The notes under the pieces: model-generated
What the model was told of the DNA's origin: nothing
Databases searched by the model: none
What the model saw: only the letters and a program-made list of their open reading frames with translations
In this document: positions 16,329 through 25,123 of the stretch, one piece after another
Layout: each line of letters begins with the position of its first letter
Numbering within the stretch: the stretch's first letter is position 1
Position numbers and translations under genes: made by a program
Assembly (NCBI GenBank): GCA_013153965.1
Contig: JAADDJ010000016.1
Location: 23,530 to 87,529 of the forward strand
From: Thermotogota bacterium
GTDB taxonomy: Bacteria; Hydrothermota; Hydrothermia; LBFQ01
Reading direction: 5' to 3'
DNA length: 64,000 nucleotides

Positions 16329-16946
16329 ATGCTCGGGAGACTGTACGTTATTTTGGATGATGCCTACCTTTCCCCCGAGAGGACGCCCGAGGTCGCGAGG
16401 CAGGTGATAGAGGGTGGGGCGGACCTGATTCAGCTCAGGGCGAAGAGGTGGGATATTCCGACTCTCAAGGCGGTGGCCGATGAGGTGTTCGCCCTCACCC
16501 GTAGGGCTGGAATTCCGCTGATAATAAACGACCACGTTGAGGTGGCATCCAACTACGACGGCGTGCATATAGGGGAGGAGGATACCCCCTACGCCGTAGC
16601 CCGAGAGATTCTGGGAGAGAAGAGGATAGTGGGAGTGTCGTGCTACGACTCCCTTGAGAGGGCCCTAAGGTTGCAGGAGGAGGGGGCCCAATACGTGGCC
16701 TTTTCCTCACCCTACCCTTCACCCACCAAACCCGACAAGCGATTCGCCCCTCTGGACCTCATCGCGGAAGCCGCCCGCAGGTTGAGGATACCCTTCTACG
16801 TCATAGGGGGGATAGACGTGGAGCGAGCGGCCGAGCTCCGGCGAGCCGGGGCCTACGGTATAGCCGTGGTCAGTGCGGTTCTGCTCGCCTCCGATCCCCG
16901 GGAGGCCACAAGGAGGTTGCGAAATGCGATATACGGCTCTCCTTAG
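16329..16946 (+). CDS. thiE: Thiamine-phosphate synthase
   Basis: Motifs LYVILDD..GADLIQLRAK..IPLIINDHVEVA..DGVHIGEED..VGVSC..YVAF..IPFYVIGGI. Confidence 0.85.
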   Translation: MLGRLYVILDDAYLSPERTPEVARQVIEGGADLIQLRAKRWDIPTLKAVADEVFALTRRAGIPLIINDHVEVASNYDGVHIGEEDTPYAVAREILGEKRIVGVSCYDSLERALRLQEEGAQYVAFSSPYPSPTKPDKRFAPLDLIAEAARRLRIPFYVIGGIDVERAAELRRAGAYGIAVVSAVLLASDPREATRRLRNAIYGSP

Positions 16947-17658
16947 CCTCCTTCTCCTCTCCTGCTCCGTGCCTTTCCTGCGGAGATCCCCCCCGCCCTA
17001 CGAGAAAATAGTGGTCGTCATATCGGCCGACGGCAAGGGTCTGTCGGCCGTAATTCCGGATACGGTGGTGCCCCTGGTGAAGGTGTCAATACTCACCGAT
17101 TACGGTCGTAGGGATTTCGCCTTCAGCAAGAGCGTGCATTTCGGATACGTAGATTACAACACCAACTCCTACATGATGGACCCGCGGGCGGTGGCGATAC
17201 TGGAGGCGGACGTTGAGGGACCCCTGTACGAGGCGAGGCTCCGGATAAACCGGAGCTTGAAGAAACTGCGCGTTCCCGACAGTACCGAGATCCTCAAGCC
17301 CGACTCCAACCTCCAAGATTGGGACAGTCTGCGGGTGGTCTGGAGGGGGAGCGCCAAACGGTACATCCTGCGGATGTACGCCTTCACCGCCATGTACCAG
17401 AAGGATGAGCTCGTCCTCGTGGATAGCACATCCTACACGTTTGACCTCGGATACATGTACGGTAATGGGTTCGTGAGCGTTGAGATATGTCCGGTGGATG
17501 GAAGTCCTCCGGATTCCAACGAGAAGGTGAAGGTCTTCGTCTTGGGGGAGTGCAGAAGACGGACGATTCTGGTGGGGGACCCGAGCGTTTGGGAGGGGGA
17601 AACCCCCGAGCCCCCATGGAACGACGATGACCTCCTCTGGTACCTCCTGACGCTCTAA
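16924..17658 (+). CDS. Hypothetical lipoprotein
   Basis: The internal ATG gives MRYTALLSLLLLSCS with an LLSC lipobox. It overlaps thiE by 23 nt. I recognise no other motif. Confidence 0.55.
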   Translation: MRYTALLSLLLLSCSVPFLRRSPPPYEKIVVVISADGKGLSAVIPDTVVPLVKVSILTDYGRRDFAFSKSVHFGYVDYNTNSYMMDPRAVAILEADVEGPLYEARLRINRSLKKLRVPDSTEILKPDSNLQDWDSLRVVWRGSAKRYILRMYAFTAMYQKDELVLVDSTSYTFDLGYMYGNGFVSVEICPVDGSPPDSNEKVKVFVLGECRRRTILVGDPSVWEGETPEPPWNDDDLLWYLLTL

Positions 17659-17671
17659 GTCCCTTCGGCGA

Positions 17672-17677
17672 TAGAAT
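17672..17677 (+). promoter_or_regulatory. -10 box TAGAAT, 7 nt upstream of ATG 17685 (leaderless-type)
   Basis: Sequence GCGATAGAATACATGCT-ATG. Confidence 0.45.
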
Positions 17678-17684
17678 ACATGCT

Positions 17685-18659
17685 ATGCAGGTTCTCATAC
17701 CGGCGGCAGGCTTTGCCACGAGGATGCGCCCCCTATCGCTGACCAAACCGAAGTCCCTGATACCCGTAGCGGGTAAGCCGATAATAGGCCACATCCTTGA
17801 CCAGATAGGCGATTTAACGGAGCGGATAGTCCTCGTCGTGGGGGAGAATGGGGAAGGTATAGTGCGGTACGTGCGCTCCCGAGGGTACGACGTGGATTTC
17901 GTGATCCAACGCAGGGATGAGATGTTCGGTCTCGCCTACGCCGTGGGTTTGGCGAAGGAGAAGGTGAGGGAGGATGAGCCTTTGCTGATAATCTTGGGGG
18001 ATACGCCCTTTCGGATGGATCTGAGGGAGGCCACCGATGACGGAGACTTCATAGCCGTTAAGGCGGTTGAGGATCCGAGGAGATTCGGTGTGGTGAAGTT
18101 GAAGGACGGATACGTGGTTGATATGGTTGAGAAGCCGGAGATACCTCCGAGCAATTTGGCCATAGTGGGCATATATTACTTCAGGAACGTGCCTCTCCTC
18201 TACGAGGCCATAGACTACGTGATACGCAACGACATACGCACGAAGGGGGAGTACCAGCTGACCGACGCCATGAGGGAGATGATAAGACGGGGCTGGAAGG
18301 CGAGGGCCGTTGAGGTTGATGAGTGGCTGGACTGCGGGACCTTGGACCAGACCATAGTCTCCCAGAGGAGGCTGCTGGAGTGGAACTCCCACTACAGGGA
18401 GAGGGAAGGGGTCGTCGTCATACCTCCCGTGTATATAGACGACTCCGCCACCGTTGAGAGGAGCGTTATAGGTCCGAACGTGCATATAGGTGAGGGAGCC
18501 ATCGTAAGGAACGCCATCATCCGAGACAGCATAGTAGATGCCGGCACCCTCCTGGAGGACGTCATACTGGAGAACTCGCTCGTGGGTGAGCGGGCCAAGG
18601 TGAGGGGCAAGGCCAAGGTGCTACGTATAAGCGACTACTCCCATGTTTCAGAGATTTGA
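17685..18659 (+). CDS. Sugar-phosphate nucleotidyltransferase with C-terminal left-handed beta-helix
   Basis: MQVLIPAAGFATRMRPLSLTKPKSLIPVAGKPII is an NTP-transferase N-terminus. Hexapeptide-like repeats (VIGPNVHIGEGAIVRNAII) appear near the C-terminus. Confidence 0.75.
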   Translation: MQVLIPAAGFATRMRPLSLTKPKSLIPVAGKPIIGHILDQIGDLTERIVLVVGENGEGIVRYVRSRGYDVDFVIQRRDEMFGLAYAVGLAKEKVREDEPLLIILGDTPFRMDLREATDDGDFIAVKAVEDPRRFGVVKLKDGYVVDMVEKPEIPPSNLAIVGIYYFRNVPLLYEAIDYVIRNDIRTKGEYQLTDAMREMIRRGWKARAVEVDEWLDCGTLDQTIVSQRRLLEWNSHYREREGVVVIPPVYIDDSATVERSVIGPNVHIGEGAIVRNAIIRDSIVDAGTLLEDVILENSLVGERAKVRGKAKVLRISDYSHVSEI

Positions 18660-19083
18660 CTTCGCCGTTCTCGGATACGCCCTGCTCGGAATGTGGATGG
18701 GTGTCCTGCTCTTCCACGTTCTGGTCGTGGTGCCCGTATCGTCGCGACTGCTGGGCAGGGAGCAGCTCGGGGAATTCGCCCTCGCCGTCCAGCGGAAGTT
18801 CCACCTGTGGGGTATAGTTCTCAGCGCATTGGCCACCCTCTCCCTCCTGTTGGGCGGGGAGACGTCGGCCACCGTCCTCGCTACGGTCGTACTCGCATCG
18901 GTCCTGTTCTCCGAATATTTGAGGCGACGCGTCAGGTCCATCCTCAAGGAGCTCCGCCGCTCCCCCAACGATTCCAAACTCAAAGGAAGTCTCTTTGAGA
19001 CCTATCGCTTCATCGCCTACGCCACATACACCCAGGCGATAGCCGGCCTCGGTGCCATAGTTATCGGCTGGCTACGTCTATGA
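18643..19083 (+). CDS. Hypothetical 4-TM membrane protein (possibly DUF4149-like)
   Basis: Four hydrophobic segments. It overlaps the upstream gene by 17 nt and the convergent nnr 3' end by 23 nt. Confidence 0.45.
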   Translation: MFQRFDFAVLGYALLGMWMGVLLFHVLVVVPVSSRLLGREQLGEFALAVQRKFHLWGIVLSALATLSLLLGGETSATVLATVVLASVLFSEYLRRRVRSILKELRRSPNDSKLKGSLFETYRFIAYATYTQAIAGLGAIVIGWLRL

Positions 19084-20599
19084 ACGGCACCTCCCCCTTC
19101 TCTATCAGGGTGAAGGCCGCCGACAGGGCGCTCCCTATCTCTATGACCCTATAGGAGCGCTCGTTGGGCATCAGCTCGGCGGCTTTGCCATGCACGTAGG
19201 TTCCCACTATGGCGGCCTTGAACGGCTCCATCCCCTGCGCCAACAGGCCCCCTATGAGGCCGGCCAGCAGGTCCCCGCTACCCCCTCGGGCCAGAGCCGT
19301 GTTGCCCGTGGGATTTATCACCACCTCACCCCTGTGGGCTATCACCGTCGGGGCCCCCTTGAGGACCAGAACTCCGGGGAACGTCGTTGATATCCTCCGG
19401 GCCATGGTTATCCGCTCCTTGTCTATGGTCTTGGGGGACTTTCCGGTTATGGCTCCCAACTCCCCCGGATGGGGTGTGAATACCATGTGGGGGTTGTCGG
19501 GGAAGGGACGATTCTTGAAGGCCATTATCGCGTCCGCATCAACGACGGCCGGCAGGTGAGGGAAGGTCTTCAGGAGGACGCTCGCGAACTCCAAGGCTCC
19601 CGGAAAGCGGGTGATACCCGGTCCGACGACGTACGCGTCAAACTTGAGTTTGGTCTGCTGGACGTACTCCACGTTCTCCCTTATGAAATGCCCTCTTCTG
19701 TCGGGAACGTCTATCATTATCACGTCCGGAAGGGGGGGAGGAGAATTGACCACGTGCTTCAGACTCTTGGGAACTATCGTATAGACGAGACCCACACCGC
19801 TCCGGAGGGCACCGACGGACGTCATATAGACCGTTCCGGGGTACTGGTAAGAGCCGGCGAATATGGCCACCCTCCCGAAGGAGCCCTTATTCTCGTGGCC
19901 CAACCTCTCGGGTAGCATCCTCCTTATGTCGTCGTCCTCGTACATGGCGAGGGGGCCCATCTCCCTATCCACGGGGAATCCGAAATCCACCACCACCGTC
20001 TCACCGGCTAAGTTCCTGCCCGGGAATAGGAGAACGGAAGTTTTCAACGCCCCGAGGCACACGGTCAGGTCCGCCTTGACCGCGGGACCGGATACCTCGC
20101 CATTCTCATCCACACCGGAGGGTACATCAACGCTGACGACGAAACGGGCGTGGGAGTTTATGGCCTCCACGATCTCGGCGTAGGGGGAATCCATCTTCCC
20201 GGAGAATCCCACGCCGAATATGGCATCCACGACGATGTCGGCATCCGCTATATCGGCCACGAGCGACGGGTCGGAGTAGCCCTTGATCTCGCCCAGGTTG
20301 AACCTTTTGAAGAGTTCCAGCTGCTCCTGCAGGAGTGGGGAGTGTCCCTCATCGGGGACGTATATGACCGTACGGGCTCCGGCTAAGGCGCACCTTCGGG
20401 CACAGGCGACCCCATCCCCCCCGTTGTTGCCCTTCCCCGCGATCACTACGACTTTGGAATCCCTCAAGTACGCTCTCTCATTTATCGCTCTGAATATGCC
20501 ATCCGCCGCAATTTCCATAAGCGTTTTGGAGGACACTCCGAGGGATTCAATCCACTCATCGTACCTTTTACTGTGCGAAAATGAAAATACCCACTTCAT
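19061..20599 (-). CDS. nnr: Bifunctional NAD(P)H-hydrate repair enzyme (epimerase/ADP-dependent dehydratase)
   Basis: YjeF_N motif VVIAGKGNNGGDGVACARR. C-terminal kinase-like domain with GSFGRVAIFAGS and GGSGDLLAGLIGGLLAQG. Confidence 0.85.
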   Translation of the reverse strand: MKWVFSFSHSKRYDEWIESLGVSSKTLMEIAADGIFRAINERAYLRDSKVVVIAGKGNNGGDGVACARRCALAGARTVIYVPDEGHSPLLQEQLELFKRFNLGEIKGYSDPSLVADIADADIVVDAIFGVGFSGKMDSPYAEIVEAINSHARFVVSVDVPSGVDENGEVSGPAVKADLTVCLGALKTSVLLFPGRNLAGETVVVDFGFPVDREMGPLAMYEDDDIRRMLPERLGHENKGSFGRVAIFAGSYQYPGTVYMTSVGALRSGVGLVYTIVPKSLKHVVNSPPPLPDVIMIDVPDRRGHFIRENVEYVQQTKLKFDAYVVGPGITRFPGALEFASVLLKTFPHLPAVVDADAIMAFKNRPFPDNPHMVFTPHPGELGAITGKSPKTIDKERITMARRISTTFPGVLVLKGAPTVIAHRGEVVINPTGNTALARGGSGDLLAGLIGGLLAQGMEPFKAAIVGTYVHGKAAELMPNERSYRVIEIGSALSAAFTLIEKGEVPFIDVASR

Positions 20600-20608
20600 G
20601 GCATTAAT

Positions 20609-20614
20609 ATTCTA
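20609..20614 (-). promoter_or_regulatory. -10 box TAGAAT, 9 nt upstream of nnr ATG 20599 (leaderless-type)
   Basis: The minus strand reads CCGTAGAATATTAATGCC-ATG. Confidence 0.45.
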
Positions 20615-20624
20615 CGGGCGTAAG

Positions 20625-21368
20625 TCAAACTATGATTTTTGACAGATTTCCATAGCCCTCCTTCTCCAATTTCAGCGAAAGTTCGTACCCTCCGCTCATA
20701 ACTATGCGTCCATCCATCATCACATGAACCCGGTCCGGCCTTACGTGGTTGAGGATCCGCTGGTAGTGGGTTATGAGGAGGATGGCCATGTCCGGATTCC
20801 TCCTCCTGGCCTCGTTGAGGGCCTCTCCGACGATTCTAACCGCATCAATATCCAGACCGGAATCTATCTCGTCCAAAATTGCCAACTTGGGCTTTAAGGT
20901 GAGGAGTTGGGCCACCTCGGAGCGTTTCTTCTCACCCCCGGAGAATCCCAAGTTTATCTCGCGGTCTATAAACTCTCCCATACCCAGAGCGGAGTAATTC
21001 TCCCTAAGGAGCTTTCGGAACTCCACGGGGGAGACCTCCCCACCCAAGGCCCTAAAGGCCCTCCACATCATCTGCGACACCCTAACCCCCTCTATCTCGT
21101 ACGGATATTGGAAGGCCAGAAATATGCCGAGCTTCGCCCTCTCATCGGGAGACAGCCCCAGTATGCTCTTTCCTTCAAACAGCACGTCCCCGTCCAGAAC
21201 TTCGTAGGCCGGATGCCCCATCAGAACTGCGGCCAGAGTGCTCTTGCCGGAGCCGTTGGGACCCATTATCGCGTGAGTCTCACCCCTATTCACCGTGAGG
21301 TTGATTCCCTTGAGGATGAGCTTTCCATCCACCGCGACCTTGAGATTCTCTATCCGGAGCAGCTCCAT
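20625..21368 (-). CDS. sufC: Fe-S cluster assembly ATPase SufC
   Basis: Motifs LRIENLKV..GETHAIMGPNGSGKSTLA..HPAYEV..LFLAFQYP and LSGGEKKR-like GFSGGEKKRSEV..LAILDEIDSGLD. Confidence 0.85.
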   Translation of the reverse strand: MELLRIENLKVAVDGKLILKGINLTVNRGETHAIMGPNGSGKSTLAAVLMGHPAYEVLDGDVLFEGKSILGLSPDERAKLGIFLAFQYPYEIEGVRVSQMMWRAFRALGGEVSPVEFRKLLRENYSALGMGEFIDREINLGFSGGEKKRSEVAQLLTLKPKLAILDEIDSGLDIDAVRIVGEALNEARRRNPDMAILLITHYQRILNHVRPDRVHVMMDGRIVMSGGYELSLKLEKEGYGNLSKIIV

Positions 21369-21376
21369 AGACGGCT

Positions 21377-21382
21377 ATTATA
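21377..21382 (-). promoter_or_regulatory. -10 box TATAAT, 8 nt upstream of sufC ATG 21368 (leaderless-type)
   Basis: The minus strand reads ACCCTATAATAGCCGTCT-ATG. Confidence 0.5.
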
Positions 21383-21453
21383 GGGTTGAATCTTGACCTT
21401 GTCGGTCAGGATTTTTATTCCTCCGTACGCAGGGACGCGCACGGTCTCACCTT

Positions 21454-21459
21454 TAAAAT
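21454..21459 (+). promoter_or_regulatory. -10 box TAAAAT, 9 nt upstream of icd ATG 21469 (leaderless-type)
   Basis: Sequence ACCTTTAAAATGAAGACTTT-ATG. Confidence 0.45.
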
Positions 21460-21468
21460 GAAGACTTT

Positions 21469-22662
21469 ATGAACGGAGAGAAGATTCGCATAGAGAACGG
21501 CAAGCTGGTCGTACCGGATACACCCATAATCCCCTACATAGAAGGAGACGGAACCGGCCCCGAGATAATGGCCGCCGTCAGGAAGGTTCTGGATGCGGCC
21601 GTTGAGAAGGCCTACGGAGGGAAACGCCGGATAGTTTGGAAGGAGCTCCTCGCCGGCGAAAAGGCCATAAAGGAGCTCGGGGAGCCCCTCCCGAAGGAGA
21701 CGGTTGAAGCCATAAGGGAGCACTACGTGGCCATAAAGGGGCCCCTCACGACCCCCGTAGGCGGAGGCTATAGGAGTCTGAACGTGGCCCTACGCCAACT
21801 TCTGGACCTGTACGCGAACGTGAGGCCCGCCAAGTACTATCCCGGAGTTCCCAGTCCCCTGAAGCATCCGGAGAGGGTGAATATGGTCGTATTCCGGGAG
21901 AATACGGAGGACGTATATGCGGGCATAGAGTGGAAGATGGGGACTCCCGAGTGCGAGAAGGTCCGCAGATTCTTGAACGAGGAGATGGGAACGAACATAC
22001 CCGAGGACGCCGGTATAGGCGTAAAGCCCATATCCAAATTCCGCAGCCAGCGGCTCGTGCGCAAGGCCATAGAGTACGCTCTGGAGCACGGATATCCCGT
22101 CCTGACCCTCATGCACAAGGGCAACATAATGAAATACACCGAGGGCGCCTTTAGGGATTGGGGATACGAGCTCCTGCGCAACGAGTACGCGCAGCACGTG
22201 GTCTTTGAGGGGGAGGGTGAGAGGCAGCCGGGCAAGGTCCTCGTGAATGACCGCATAGCCGACAACATGTTCCAGCAGATACTGACCCGCCCCAACGAGT
22301 ACGGCGTCATAGCCACGACTAACCTGAACGGAGACTACATATCCGACGCCTTGGCGGCCCTCGTAGGAGGCCTCGGGATGGCTCCCGGCGCCAACGTGGG
22401 CGACCACCACGCCCTCTTTGAGCCCGTCCATGGATCCGCCCCCAAGTACGCCGGGAAGAACATGATAAACCCCACGGCCGGGATACTCGCCGGCATGCTG
22501 ATGCTGGAGCATATAGGTTGGAAGGAGGCCGCCAAGCTCATAGATTCGGCCGTGGCCAAGACCATCTCCGAGAGGAAGGTCACCTACGACCTCGCCCGCC
22601 ACATAGGCGTTGAACCTCTCTCCACGACGGAATACACCGAGGCCCTGATAGACAACCTGTAG
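21469..22662 (+). CDS. icd: NADP-dependent isocitrate dehydrogenase
   Basis: Motifs [56 protein letters not shown]. Confidence 0.9.
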   Translation: MNGEKIRIENGKLVVPDTPIIPYIEGDGTGPEIMAAVRKVLDAAVEKAYGGKRRIVWKELLAGEKAIKELGEPLPKETVEAIREHYVAIKGPLTTPVGGGYRSLNVALRQLLDLYANVRPAKYYPGVPSPLKHPERVNMVVFRENTEDVYAGIEWKMGTPECEKVRRFLNEEMGTNIPEDAGIGVKPISKFRSQRLVRKAIEYALEHGYPVLTLMHKGNIMKYTEGAFRDWGYELLRNEYAQHVVFEGEGERQPGKVLVNDRIADNMFQQILTRPNEYGVIATTNLNGDYISDALAALVGGLGMAPGANVGDHHALFEPVHGSAPKYAGKNMINPTAGILAGMLMLEHIGWKEAAKLIDSAVAKTISERKVTYDLARHIGVEPLSTTEYTEALIDNL

Positions 22663-23087
22663 TGTTCAAAAAGATACTCGCATACTTTGACGGTTCTCCG
22701 GCGGGACGGAGGGCCGTTAAGCTGGCCATTTACCTCGCCGGCATAACCGGGACGAAGCTTTTGATAATCTCGTCCATAAACCCGATAGACGAGCTGGATA
22801 CGGGCTTTCTGGACTACGAGGAGGACATTGAGAAGAATCTCAAGTATCTGATGGAGGACGCCCAAGAGTCGGGCATAGAGGTGGAGAGTCGCATCCTCTT
22901 CGGCTCCCCGGAGGACGCCCTGGTCAAGACGATAGACTCGGAGGATCCGGACTTGGTCGTCCTTCCCCTCATGTACTCTTCGCCACGTACCTTCTTCGGC
23001 AGGGGAGAGCCGCTCCACTCCAAGCTCACGAACATATACCCCGACAGAGGTATATCATTTCTGGTAACTACCATGGAGGAGCGGTGA
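22662..23087 (+). CDS. Universal stress protein (UspA family)
   Basis: GTG overlaps the icd stop (TAGTG). MFKKILAYFDGSPAGRRAVKLAIYLA is a Usp-like N-terminus. The usual C-terminal G-x2-G-x9-G-S/T ATP motif is not evident. Confidence 0.55.
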   Translation: MFKKILAYFDGSPAGRRAVKLAIYLAGITGTKLLIISSINPIDELDTGFLDYEEDIEKNLKYLMEDAQESGIEVESRILFGSPEDALVKTIDSEDPDLVVLPLMYSSPRTFFGRGEPLHSKLTNIYPDRGISFLVTTMEER

Positions 23088-25081
23088 GATTCCGGGATTA
23101 CGAGGACTACTACCGACACTTCAAACGTCTCGTTCTCCTTGAGAGGGAGGCGGAGATGGAATTCCATCGCCGGGAGATAAGGCGACTCCCCGGCCCCAAG
23201 AGAGAGAAGTTGGGCCGAGCCATCCTCAACCTGAGGGGCAAGCTGGTGGGTAGAGGTTTGGGGGGCACGTATCTGGTGAAGTACGTACGTCAGGGAGGAC
23301 TTCCCGACACGGAGATAAAGGTGGGGGATCTGGTCATAGCCAGTCGGGGCAAGCCGAGGGGAAACGAGATACAGGGGACCGTGGTTGAGAAGACCCGCTT
23401 CTCCCTAACCGTGGCCTACCCCAAGCATCCCCCGGCCTACGCCCTCGGCAGAGGCGTGCGTATAGACCTCTTCGCGAACGACATCACCTTCCAGAGGATG
23501 TTGGACGCCCTCAAGGCGCTCAAGGACCACCCGCGGCTCCTCGGCCTACTTCTGGGGAGGGCCAAGATGGATGTGAGACGGAGGGAGGTGATTCCCTTCA
23601 ACCGAAGCTTAAACGAGAGCCAGATGGAGGCGGTGGGAAAGGCTCTGGCATCGGAGCCCACCTTTCTGATACATGGGCCCCCGGGTACGGGGAAGACGAC
23701 AACCGTGGTTGAGGCCATATATCAGCACGTTAAGGATGGGAGGAAGGTTCTGGCTACCGCCGACTCCAACGTGGCCACGGACAACATGGTTGAGAGGCTG
23801 GCGGCGTACGGTATAGATGTGGTGCGCGTTGGGAATCCCTCCCGCATAACCCCGGCGGTGGTGCGCCACTCCTTGGACTACCTTCTCCAGCAGGATGAGG
23901 ATTACAGGAGGGCTCTGAAGCTCTACGAGGAGGTTGATAGGCTGCGGGAGGAGCAGAGGAACTTCTTAGCCCCCACCCCCCGATGGAGGAGGGGTCTCTC
24001 CGACGAGCAGATAATGCGCTACGCCGAGACGGGTACGCCGGTCCGGGGAGTCCATCCCAACGCCATACGCAAGATGGCCGCGTGGCTTCGCCTTCAGAAG
24101 CGCATAGGGGCTCTGATTGAGCGGGCCAAATCCTACGAGGCCGTGGCCGTGGAGCGTATCCTCCGCCGGGCCGACGTGGTGTGCGCCACCAACTCATCCG
24201 CCGGTAGCGAGATGCTGCGGAACTTCTCGTTTGACGTGGTCTTCATAGACGAGGCCACCCAATCCACCGAGCCCTCGTGTCTGATACCCATGGTAAAGGG
24301 TAAGACTTGGATAATGGCCGGGGATCACAAGCAACTGCCTCCCACGGTCCTAAGCGAGGAGGCGGCGAAGAGCTTGAGCCTAACCCTCTTTGAGAGGCTT
24401 CTGGAGGTCTATGGGGAGGGGATAAAGAGTCTGCTGCGGATCCAGTACCGCATGCACGAGGATATAATGGAGTTTCCCAGCCGTGCCTTCTACGGCGGTC
24501 AGCTCGTGGCTCACGAGAGCGTGGCCCGCCATACCCTGCGGGATCTGGGGATAACGCCGGAGAGGACCGCCAACCTTACGCCTCCCTACGATATGATCCT
24601 CAACCCCGACAGGCCGGTGATATTCGTGGATACGGCGGGGAGATTTCCCGAGAGACAGAGGCACGGCTCCACATCCTACTACAACGAGGGGGAGGCCCGG
24701 ATAGTCTTCGCGATACTCAAGAGGCTGCTGCTGTTGGGTCTTCAGCCGCAGGATGTGGGGGTGATATCCCCATACGACGATCAGGTGGCACACATCAGGG
24801 AGCGTCTCGCCGACGAGGGTATCCCCGATGAGGTGGAAGTTAAGACAGTGGATGGATTTCAGGGGAGGGAGAAGGAGGTGATAGTCGTCTCATTCGTCAG
24901 GTCCAACCCTCGGCGGGAGATAGGCTTTTTGGCGGACGTGCGCCGCCTCAACGTGGCCATAACCCGCCCCAAGAGGAAGCTCATAACCGTGGGGGATTCC
25001 CGTACCCTGAGCATCCACCCCACATACCGGGATTTCATAGACTACACCCGCTCCAAGGGTGGGGCGATAACGATAGGCTAA
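23084..25081 (+). CDS. Superfamily-1 helicase, Upf1/IGHMBP2-like (AAA_11/AAA_12)
   Basis: Motifs LNESQMEAV, Walker A HGPPGTGKTTT, DEATQ, GDHKQLPPT, QYRMHEDI, VDGFQGREKEVIVVSFVRSN, RRLNVAITRPKRKL. Confidence 0.85.
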   Translation: MRFRDYEDYYRHFKRLVLLEREAEMEFHRREIRRLPGPKREKLGRAILNLRGKLVGRGLGGTYLVKYVRQGGLPDTEIKVGDLVIASRGKPRGNEIQGTVVEKTRFSLTVAYPKHPPAYALGRGVRIDLFANDITFQRMLDALKALKDHPRLLGLLLGRAKMDVRRREVIPFNRSLNESQMEAVGKALASEPTFLIHGPPGTGKTTTVVEAIYQHVKDGRKVLATADSNVATDNMVERLAAYGIDVVRVGNPSRITPAVVRHSLDYLLQQDEDYRRALKLYEEVDRLREEQRNFLAPTPRWRRGLSDEQIMRYAETGTPVRGVHPNAIRKMAAWLRLQKRIGALIERAKSYEAVAVERILRRADVVCATNSSAGSEMLRNFSFDVVFIDEATQSTEPSCLIPMVKGKTWIMAGDHKQLPPTVLSEEAAKSLSLTLFERLLEVYGEGIKSLLRIQYRMHEDIMEFPSRAFYGGQLVAHESVARHTLRDLGITPERTANLTPPYDMILNPDRPVIFVDTAGRFPERQRHGSTSYYNEGEARIVFAILKRLLLLGLQPQDVGVISPYDDQVAHIRERLADEGIPDEVEVKTVDGFQGREKEVIVVSFVRSNPRREIGFLADVRRLNVAITRPKRKLITVGDSRTLSIHPTYRDFIDYTRSKGGAITIG

Positions 25082-25111
25082 AAATAAAGAGGGGGGCCTC
25101 CGGCCCCCCTC
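25081..25111 (-). terminator. Intrinsic terminator of rpoC (10-bp GC stem, 3-nt loop, TTTATTTT tract)
   Basis: The minus strand reads GAGGGGGGCC-gga-GGCCCCCCTC followed directly by TTTATTTT. It lies between the convergent helicase and rpoC stops. Confidence 0.65.
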
Positions 25112-25123
25112 AATCAAGTCCCC

